Below are positions 54,030 through 64,000 of a stretch of DNA of 64,000 nt, piece after piece. This DNA comes from Nageia nagi (Eukaryota > Plantae > Pinophyta). Each line of letters opens with the position of its first letter. Within the stretch, counting starts at the first letter, position 1. The position numbers and the translations under genes were made by a program. The stretch spans positions 187,736,001-187,800,000 of the forward strand of contig JBITNC010000001.1 in the NCBI GenBank assembly GCA_050084985.1. The letters run 5' to 3'. The notes below the pieces were generated by a model, which was not told the origin of the DNA, searched no databases, and worked only from the letters and a program-made list of their open reading frames with translations.

Positions 54030-56460
54030 GAATACTCTAATTTTTTATTAGGTTGGGCCATTGGATTTCCAATGTAGACTTACCCATTATCAATCAACAT
54101 ATGAACAATATTCCTTAACTAATTACACTTGTTTACTTCAAGACCTTTATTTTTTTTATATGTGCAATATTCATTATATTTATACCATCCGGGTTTCTCC
54201 TAATTTGGATCTTCTTGTTTCATTTTAGGGAATACTACTAGTTGTGCATCAAGACACTTTTTCAACACATCCTCTATAGGTTCAACCAATGGTGTTCATG
54301 CTTTCCATTTCCCTTACTATTGAGGTTTCTTAAGTATGTAATTATATTTTTGATTACCTTGTTCATTATTTTGTCTCTCTTGAGTTTGTGTTTGCATAGG
54401 TGGATTGGCCCTTAGTGGCCTTGATGGAGCTAATTGTACAATTGGTTGAGTTTGATGGATATCATGAGAGACCTTGTTATTTTGAGGTTTTTGATAAGAA
54501 TTACTAGCTTTACCTTTATTATTTAGGTACTTATGGCTATTTTTATCTTTATTCCTCAGTTTAATCTCACCATATTGAACCTTGGCTTCCTCAATTAACT
54601 TATATTGTGATAAGGCATCCTTAAAGGTATGATGTTGTTGAATTCTAAGTATTTGAGAAATAGGCTTGTTACAACTTCTAGAGAAAAGTTTAAGCAACTC
54701 CTCTTGAGGTAGCATATAAGGTATGTATGTCACTACTATTCTTCATCTACAAACATAGTCTAAAACTAATTCATCATTGAACTATGATAATTTTTCCAAG
54801 TTTGTGATAGATGCCCTTTTACGAACATTGATTACAAAATGATTTCAAAATTTATTGGCCAACTATTCAAAGAGTATATGTTGGGTTTAAGAATATTATT
54901 ATACTAGTCTAAAGCTAGCCTCACCATCATCATGGGAAAGGTTCTAAGAATTAATACATCATCACTACTGATGGTGTAGCATGAGTACTTAAACTATCTT
55001 AGGTTCTCTCTAGGATCCTCTTTACCTCTAAATTTATCTATCTTAGGGAAATCAGACTTGTAAGGGAAGCTCTTGGTTGTTACACTTAGAGGTATTGATT
55101 CATTACAAATTAAAGTGTATGAGAGTTTGGTCTTCCCATGGTCATTTACTTTGAGTTCCATTTCTTTCAACCTCTTTAAAATCTCATTATTGATCCTAGA
55201 AGGTTGAGTGCTAGTGACAACTTGTTTCTTAGGCACCATACTGATAGGTTGGTTATCATACTATTCATATTGATCATCATAATATGGTTCCTCATTCTAC
55301 CCATATAATTGGTCTTGCTAGTGTGTGGCAAAAGTAGCTCTATTTGCAAGGTTTAAATGATATTAGATCAGAACCACTCTATTCAGTGGATCATGCAATC
55401 CATGGTGACTAATAAATCTAGACTATCCAAGAGGAGGAGCTTGGACATGATAAGAATATTAATGGTACCCATGATCATATTATGGTATTGGGGATCAAAT
55501 ATAAGCATATGCATTAGGATGATCATCATTTTGTCCATATGCTTACCTTTGGTATGCCACATTATGAGAAGATGAAGAATAATTATGTTGTGATGGTGGG
55601 TCAGTTGGGTACAATTGAGACCCATGCTCTGCATGACCTCTAGATTAAACTTCATGGGGTGTGTGGTAAGCTGGCACATAAGGTATGGAGGTGGTATGAA
55701 AATGGTTTTACAAAATGGGATGCAAAGGATCATGGTCAATGATGGAGGTAAATAATGTTGGATCTTGAATTGGTGTGTTCAATAAGCATCATTATATCTT
55801 TCAACCCAAGTGACTAGAGGAGGTGGTGGGGGTATATGAAACCTAATGAAATTTGATAAAGAACTATTAGTAGGAACATCCAATGGTCCTAAAGGACTAT
55901 TAGGAGGTCTAAGTAGAGGTATAAATGGAGCGAGTTTTGGATGCAGACATGGTGGATCATGAGAGACACCTAAATGGGATGAGAAGGTAGCTCTAGGGAT
56001 AAGTGGATCATGAGAGACACCTACATGGTATGAGGTAGTGGATCTATAAATAGGTACCTCATCTTAAAAAACCTCCTCAATAAAAGGAGCAACAACATGA
56101 TGTGAGGAATATAATGACTACAAATATACAAGCAATGATGTAGGTACACCCTCCATGATAATTTTATTATGATCTCTAAATGATATGCCCTCCTCTGACT
56201 CATCTAATGGTATCTTAGAATAGGTGACCTCTATAATAGGTAACTCAAGGTACTCTAGGAGGAGGATGTTGTGTGCCATATTGTGCATCATCAAATTTTT
56301 GAAACAATGATTAGACCATGGGATCACTCATAAAAAGTTCATATTGGGATACTAGTTTCTCTTGATAAGGATGACCTCCTACATGATATGTACTAGCATG
56401 ATGATCCATGTAATGATGTGACTCATGATCCATCATTTTTGGTTATGAGGTAGACTCTAA
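54030..56460 (-). pseudogene. gag pseudogene of element B with Pro/His-rich N-terminal region
   Basis: FPKIDKFRGKEDPRENLR (ORF 54994..55239), YMLPQEELLKLFSRS, zinc-knuckle remnant ~54120-54175. Confidence 0.75.
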
Positions 56461-58040
56461 GTTACAAAAATATTGTAACTTTTGACCAAATGAGAGGTGA
56501 GGTTAAGGTGGAGGAAATGACTTAATATGAGGTGAGTAAACTGGTGTGTGTATGTAAATGGTTCTACATGACATGCAACACCAAGCCTAGAATTTTGTTT
56601 AAAAATATTATTAATGTATACATGTTGTAAATTACCCAACTTATATGATATGCACTTTTCAAAAGATAAAGTCTATATGATAAAGAAAACAATAGTGAAA
56701 AATAGCAATTTTTGACTACTTGTTTAGTTGCTTCTTTGTTCAATTGACACTTTTTCTTTTTAATGAGGGTTGATTTAAATGCACTTGAAAATTCCAACTC
56801 ACATTATGTAGTTTCCCTAAAGATGAATCTAACCAAGCATTTATAGGGTAAAGGCTCAATCTTTAGGGGAGTGAACATCTTACAAGGTGTATCAAGTACC
56901 CTCTATAGGAATCTATCTCAAATAGAGGGGGGCTCCCACTTCGGTTTTTAACTTCAAGTAAGGGTTAGTTCATGGGAATCAAGTGCATGTTCCCTAGATA
57001 CTCCCTAGGATTATGAATGGGATTTAATTAAAGTAATTAAATATGAAATTGCAACACTATGATGAAATTCAAATGCAATTATACCCCTCAAGTTTTTACT
57101 TTTCAAATAGAAATAAAGCACTCCCACCCAAGGATGATAATTGAACTCTTTTTCTTGCTTTTCAAAATCAAACTAATGCAAAGCTATGCCTTTTGTTATG
57201 CAAATAACACTTAATAAATAAATCACAATATAAATTAAACCCTTTCTTAAGATTTTATTTTAGGCCCAAAGTAGGTTCTATATGTATGCAAACACTCCCC
57301 CAAGATGAAATGCAAAATTCACTAAACAACAAGCCAATCCTAGAATGCAAAGAATGATCAAACTATATGGATAAGGTAATGAAAGTGATCCAAATTATTA
57401 CCCATATGAGAATATTCATTCCTACTCCAAGTTCATGAAATACATGGGAAGGTTACATGTATCTATTTCAAAATCTTCCACTACATAGATGATTGTGAAA
57501 AATAGTTATAATCATCTGGATGATAGATAGTTGTCTAGATGACCATAGGTGCACTTAGAGAAATTTTAAATGCTAAAATAAATTCTAAGTAAAATATCCT
57601 ATGATAAGGATATGGTGATTCCTATGACAAGGACACATAATTTGTTTAGACAATCTTGATAGAGGACTTTTTCACCTAAATACAAATTTGGAACTAAGAA
57701 AAAATACTTAAAAACTTGCTTAAAATTAAATGTAGATAAAATCATCTAGATACAAGATGACTACAAACTCATCTAGATGACTTGCAAAATTTTCTAAGTA
57801 GGGGATAATTTGTAATTAGAATCATTCAGATGTAGGATGATTTGATCTAAAGTAATATTGGGAACTTGAGGTTTTTAGGTCTCATTCTGTACTTGCCCAG
57901 TAAAGCTTCTTGCAAGTTTCACACAAAATGAGCCACTAAAACTCGTAAAAAAATTAGAATTATCCAAAAAAAAGAAGTCACAAAAATATGGAAAAGAGGC
58001 TAGAAATATCCTTTGAGATTTGTAATTCTAGGACTAGGTA

Positions 58041-58059
58041 GGTCCCATCATGATTTCCA
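58041..58059 (-). promoter_or_regulatory. PBS of element B (decayed, tRNA-Arg-like)
   Basis: Minus strand TGGAAATCATGATGGGACC, 3 nt inside the LTR end. Confidence 0.6.
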
Positions 58060-58062
58060 TTT

Positions 58063-59177
58063 TGTAATGCCTAATTTTTTACCACTAAATCACTCAACAC
58101 AACTTGTGAGCAATCCAAGGATAAATACGTATTACTATACTAATTTTCCTATGTTGTAATATGAAAAATTGACAAAATATGGGGTAAGAAAATGTCCTTT
58201 ATGCTTGATGTATCCAAATAATGTCTAAACCCTAAAATGAAGATAAATTTTATTGGGTAACCTTAAATCACAATCCCTTGAGGCATTGTGATCAATCAAG
58301 ATGGGTGAAACCCCAACTCAACAAGAGATTAGGCCCCCTAATATTCAATAAACAAGATGATAGAAATAAGTGATATGCTTATGATACAAATTATATGACA
58401 AATCATGAGATAATGACAAGACCTATTTACTATGATAATATGTTAACTATTATTGACAAGATCTATAATAAAGATTCAAGATATGTAATAAACAAGAATA
58501 AATGCACCATAGATAATGTATGCCAAAAATATATGGTTAATTTTCCTAAAAAATGATGGGTATATGATAATTTAGGCTAATAAATGATAAATGAAGCTCA
58601 AACTCTAATATTAGATCTTAAATGTAAAAACCCTAGCTTGAAATCCTAAGTAAATTATTTAGCCTACAATGCTTATATGACAATTAATAAAGTAAATGCA
58701 TAATATCAATGGAAAATAAAAGCTTTTAATTATGGATTAAGATACGATGAAAACCTATAAAAACTCATGAAATAAACCACTAATATTATAATGATCTCAA
58801 ATCCACAAAGATACCTCAATCCATATGAATGCAAAAGAGATCCAAAGGCTCAAAGGTGTATGCTCAAAACTCAAAGATTGCTCTTGAAAAATGAAGTGTC
58901 AATCCTTGAAAAGTGATCCCAAGTCACCTATTTATAAATATAATATTCAATCTTTTCCAAACAATTATGATCTACAGAATCATTCGAATGATTAAAAAAT
59001 CATCTAATGATTGGAAAATAGTGTTAAAAATTATCTACATCAAAATATTATCGATTGAACCTACAACAAATGTTGCATCACATGTTAGTTATACATTATA
59101 TGATATAATAGTATACGTGTCATAAATGTCTAATAAACATTATTAATAAGATAAAATACAATTTTAGGATGTTTACA
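58063..59177 (-). repeat. 5' LTR of element B
   Basis: TGTAAACATCC...GCATTACA; aligns with 33281-34461. Confidence 0.9.
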
Positions 59178-62100
59178 ATTACTCACAAAAGGTTGGGTCA
59201 TAGTCATGTTTTTAGTGGTATAAGGCATATGATGGAGTTTGAAAATGTTATCAAGAAAACTTTATACTACATTGATAGCCTTGAAGGGGTGATCTAAGGT
59301 GAAAAAGTGTACATACTTGAACATCCTATCCACTACCACCATGATAATATATTTCCCATAGGAGTTTTGAAGGCCCTCAATCAAATTCATTGAAATATCA
59401 ATCCAAGTTCGCTCTAGTATGGGTAGAGGTTGAAGTAGGTTAGGGGTACCAATTATATCACCTTTTTATCGCTAATAAACATCATATTCAAAAATAAATT
59501 TCTTAATATCTTATTTTATTAAAATCTAGTAAATGGATCAACCCACTCATTTAAAGGTTTTCAATAACCTAGAGTGTCCTGCAGTTGGAGCACCATGTAA
59601 CTCCATAAGTATCACTTCACAACATGAAGAGTTGGAATGTAGTGCAATGTAACCTTTGAATTGAAGGATCCCATCATGTCATGAAAAATAAGGCTCACTA
59701 GAAGGGCCAATCTGTAATTATTTAATCAATATTTAAGTAGAGATTTCATGAATCCACTCTTGTTTTACCTGATATAGCTATTGAGGAATTGGGGACGAGA
59801 TGGCCTAAAGTACTATAGGCTCCTCAATTTTTTTAGAAAGGGAATAAAATATATATTTTTCTCTACACTTTTGATACATGATCTCATAATGCTATCCCAA
59901 AACTTTTGTGACACACTTTTGTTGTTTGGGAGTTGAGATTCCTTGTTCCATGAAATATTTCAAGCTATGATGATTCGTTCTAATAAGACAATATCAATTG
60001 ATCATATATGGTTACCAATGTTGAATTATATGAATAATGGATATTATTTATTTTTCATGTATGGATTTAACCAAAGTTTTACTAAGATGACCTTTCTAAT
60101 GAAAGCCAAGGGATGTCCCTCCTCCATTAGAATGAATCAAATTCCCATTCCAAAAGTATCTCTCTTAATGATAAATTTTTTGAAGAAATCATACATGGCC
60201 AAGATTGGGTTAGAACATATGTCTCCCTTTAATTTATGAAAATATTCTTCATCAATGGGAAATGAATTAAAGGTATTATTTTTTAGTAAGGCAGTGAGCA
60301 GGGTTGCAATATTTCCATAGTTATTTATAAATTTATGGTAGTACCTAGTTAATTCTAAGAATCCATGTAATCCCTTAAGTGATTTAGGAAGAGGAAAAAT
60401 TTTCATATATTCAATATTTAAGGGATCCACCTTGATACCTTCTTCAAAAATAATATTATTGAGATACTTGATCTCCTTACATTGTAAGAAACATTTGAAA
60501 TGCTTGATATACATTTGTTGATCTTAGAGAATTTGCAGGGTCTAATCTAATTGGGATAAGTGATTCTCCAAAATATTATTGTAGATCAAAATATAATTAG
60601 CATAAGTGCAATAATATGAGTCCCACTTTATAGAAAGTTTTAATGTCTTATGTATCATTTCCAAAAGGATTTAAAAAAATTATTTTAATTTAGGTCCAAT
60701 TATACTTGTTGAACATGATGGGGTATGAAACTAAAATTGTATTTTTTAAATAGTGAATTTTGTATTTGTTTAATAACTTTTTATTTTTATGGAATTATGA
60801 AAAAATATATGTGCATAATCTACATAAAATTATTCACAAGCTAAATAAATAAATAAAATTAAATATGATAAGTTTAGGTCAAATTATGCTTGTTGGACAC
60901 GAGCACTTTTTGAAATAGTAATTATGGCTAGTAAAAAATTAATAAAAAAATAAATATTCATTAAAAAATTACAAAAAAAAATCCCTCAAAATATCTATTT
61001 TCTTAGGTATCTTTACGTAAAAGGATTTAAAAAAATATTTTAATTTAGGTCCATATATGCTTGTTGGACACGATAAGGTATGGTCCTGAAATAATATTTT
61101 TTAAACATGCCTATAAAATATTATTTTTTATCATTTGGATATTGGAATAAATTACATATTTGAAAATTAAATTTTGATACCTACATGTTTACTAAGTGAT
61201 CTTTTTCAATATTTAAACTTTAAGTGCTTTAAATTTTGAGATTAAGTGTGACCAAGCCTAAAAATCAAGGAAAACACTTCCACATTTTTGGCCAAAAGTG
61301 GGACTCATCTTCTTGGACTTACCCATAAAATAAAATCAAAATACTTTTTCTAAGGTAAGGTTGAAATACATGCTTCATCAGAATCTGGAAGGTGGAAGTA
61401 GAATTAGTAAGACCAAATAGAATTATGAAAAAACTCATAATAGCCTTCATGTGTATGGAAGGAAATTTTTAGAATATATTATTCATGAAGCCTTATTTTT
61501 TGGTACATATATTGTAGATCCAACTCAAAAAAATATTTATCACCATGTGATTCATCATATAATTTATCTATGATAGGGATGGGAAACATATCCTTGACTA
61601 TTAGTTTATTGATGACTTGAAAGCTAATACACATGCACCAAGACCCATCCTTCTTATGAAATAATAGAACAGGAGAAGAGTAAGGAATCACACTGGGTCA
61701 AATGATTTCTTCTTCCAACATATCATGCACCAATCTCTCAATTTCATTTTTTTGCAGATAAGGATAACGTTAAGGCTAAATGTTGGGTGGTCGACTTCCT
61801 AGAATCAGTTGGATAGTGTGATCATGAGGACAATGTGGGGAAACCCTTTTGGTTCTTCAAAAATACCTTCATGGTGTACTAATAATTGTTATACTTCTTG
61901 TAATTAACCATACCCTTGATCAATAAATTGAATTTAGAATAGTTGTGATACCATTCCCTTTCCTCCTTCTCAAATAAGTTTCTTCATATGATGGGAACTA
62001 ATAATGTATGATGGTTCAAAGTGTAATCCCTTGAGAGTATATTTTTGTCCTTCAACTATGAATTACATCTAAATTTTAGATAAATCCTATAATATATATC

Positions 62101-63090
62101 TCAATATTTGCAAACATTGAGAATCGAGGACCACATTGCATCCTCCCTATGGAAGTGTACATATTTCACTTTCTAATTAGTATTCACCCAAGTTGAGTTT
62201 AACATTACAATATTTTCCTTTATAGGCAATTTTACCACCATTACCAATTATTTCTTCAAAGCTATTTTATGGTTGTACATAGTAGTTGGCCTTTTAGCTA
62301 CCCTTGGGTTAATGAATTTTTGAATGCTCCCTAAATTAATTAACATGATCAAAGTTTATCCCTTGAAACATCCATAATATTTCATAATCTACAATGAAGA
62401 AAATTTTGAAAGGGTATTGCAAGAAATTACAAGAGTATCCTTAGTGGTGCTATCATTATATTTCATGATATCTAAAACTACATCCTCATATGTCTCCTTT
62501 ATCATATTCTCTAGGGAATCAACATCTTACAAATATAATTTATGTATGGTGCATAAATGGTTTGGCCTAAATTTTTCATCATAATTACAGCAGATTCCTT
62601 TTTCCTTACGATCTTTTATTTCCTTGGAAGTGAGTTGCTTTATTTTCAATGGTGATTTTTTTTTGAACCAAATTGAGAGTTATGTGGTTTACCAATTAGT
62701 TGCTTCACCTTCTTATGTTAAGTAGTCAACTTATCTTAGGCCAATTTTGCTAGCCTAATCATTACCATCATGTTATTGAGATTGAATATTTTAAATTCCA
62801 TTTGAATCTCTTCCTTCAACCCACTAATGAAATAAATTTTGAAGAATGCTTAATCTAATCCTTTTATGCAATAATTAATCTTTTCAAATTCATTATGATA
62901 TTCCTTAATAATTGATATCCCATAAAATCTTCAAAATTACTTGGACCAAATCAAACCAATGAATTTTTGGTGAAATCCCCCTAAGAAGGTAGGTCATTTT
63001 ATTTATAAAACCATTTGTACCATTGAATAGTTGATTTATCAAGATTAAAGGAGGCAATGTTGAACTTATGTGCTTCTAAAAACTAAAAAA
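59178..63090 (-). pseudogene. gag-pol (gag, PR, RT, RH, INT N-terminal half) of element C
   Basis: ORF-track fragments 60137..60514 and 61479..61691; WIDISMNLIEGL and IMVVVDRMFKYVHF (INT). Confidence 0.9.
60600..61324. mobile_element. MITE-like non-autonomous DNA transposon (~725 bp) in the element C RT
   Basis: ~30-bp imperfect TIRs GCATAAGTGCAATAATATGAGTCCCACTTT / AAAGTGGGACTCATCTTCTTGGACTTACCC, internal ~60-bp direct repeats, TTA/ATA flanks (PIF/Harbinger-like, uncertain). Confidence 0.75.
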
Positions 63091-63684
63091 GTGTATGGAT
63101 GCTATATATCAAAATGATCAACATAAAATAAAAGCACAATGAGATGGATCTCAAAATGATGATTTCTAAGCCTCTAGATTTTTTTCTAAAATATTATTAC
63201 CAAGGTTAATAAACATGCTTTATCAGAATTGGTTAATTCTTCATGGTTTGGGAGATAATGGCCTCTAAAGTTTATATCTATTTTGGAAAATATTATTTTA
63301 AGTATGAAAACTTAGGTTTTCAAAATGAAAAGAGTTTCTCAGAAATGGTGGCTCGAACATAGTTTGAAGGTCAATATACAATGAAGAAATGGATAACTAT
63401 AATAAATCTATGGATAAAAGGTTTAATTTTTGAAAAGGGTAATGAACTAGGGTTTTCAAAAATCGATATAGATTTTTTGAATTTTTTTTTCCAAATTTCA
63501 ACTAAGAACTGAATAAATCTAGGTCTTCAACTTGATCCAATTTCATAAATATGTAAAAAACTTAGTAGCATTTTGGATGGAAATTGGATAAAATCTATTT
63601 CTTCAACTCAATTCAAATTCACAAAAGTGAAACTAGATCTTAAATCTACCCATAAGTAGCCAAAATCAAAGATATGATACTAGA

Positions 63685-64000
63685 TGTTAGGAACCTAGAA
63701 GATCTAAAATAGGATTTAAGCTAAATAATAGTAAAATGTGAACTAGTAGCATATCCAAATTACAACACTAGAATAATATATAACTCAAAATAATAGCAAG
63801 AGCATAATGGAATAGCTAATCATAGGCCACTTCGAGGGGGATTCCTCCTTACAACTCAAAAGATGATATACTTTCCAAGATAACATCTATTCCTCTCCTA
63901 CATATATTTATAATCATACTACCCTAATCCTAATTAACGATTTATTACAAAATGTTGATTCACCTTACAAAATATGTTGATCCACCTTACAAGTTGATAT
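63685..64000 (-). repeat. 5' LTR of element C (truncated by the window edge)
   Basis: Matches 32051 to ~32380. The adjacent GATATGATACTA is a decayed reverse complement of TGGTATCAGAGC. Confidence 0.85.

Larger units (their letters stand above)
33281..59177 (-). mobile_element. Complete degenerate Tat/Ogre-type LTR retrotransposon (element B, 25.9 kb including nested hATs)
   Basis: Paired LTRs, PBS, PPT and a decayed 5-bp TSD (GTTAT/ATTAC). Removing the element rejoins the host integrase (DPTF.SN|L*QGLFKLQG). gag-PR-G-patch-RT-RH-aRH-INT at 44510-56460. Confidence 0.93.
32051..64000 (-). mobile_element. Chromovirus (Reina-like Ty3/gypsy, element C) with nested insertions; 5' LTR runs off the window end
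   Basis: LTR 32051-32442 matches 63685-64000. Met PBS remnant at 63671-63682. gag ~62400-63090; PR MLINLGSIQKFI; RT PYSSPVLLFHKKDGSWCMC; RH; INT split at 33280/59178; chromodomain just upstream of the PPT. Confidence 0.92.

Overview
AT-rich, very strongly CpG/CHG-depleted plant intergenic DNA; the PPR wording and TE set look gymnosperm-like (inference). I found no intact gene: the window is a layered transposon graveyard. Left to right: (1) a degenerate minus-strand Tat/Ogre-type Ty3/gypsy (<1-11753; gag-PR-G-patch-RT-RH-aRH-INT) with a 783-bp tandem duplication in RT, abutting (2) an L1 LINE RT remnant; (3) a 2.7-kb foldback element with ~950-bp inverted arms; (4) a Copia gag-only remnant; (5) a ~6-kb minus-strand multi-exon module made of a CACTA TnpA/Ptta-like gene, a 291-bp (97-codon) repeat block and a Cys/His-rich gene with degenerate KDZ/Zisupton-like transposase motifs (the most unusual feature, low-moderate confidence); (6) two Copia pol remnants joined head-to-head; (7) a PLS-class PPR pseudogene. 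The PPR pseudogene is interrupted by a chromovirus (32051->64000). The chromovirus is interrupted by a complete 25.9-kb Tat element (33281-59177, with LTRs, PBS, PPT, TSD and an antisense plant-mobile-domain ORF) and by a MITE. The Tat element in turn carries two hAT elements with 8-bp TSDs. All translations were done by eye from degenerate sequence, and internal coordinates are approximate.
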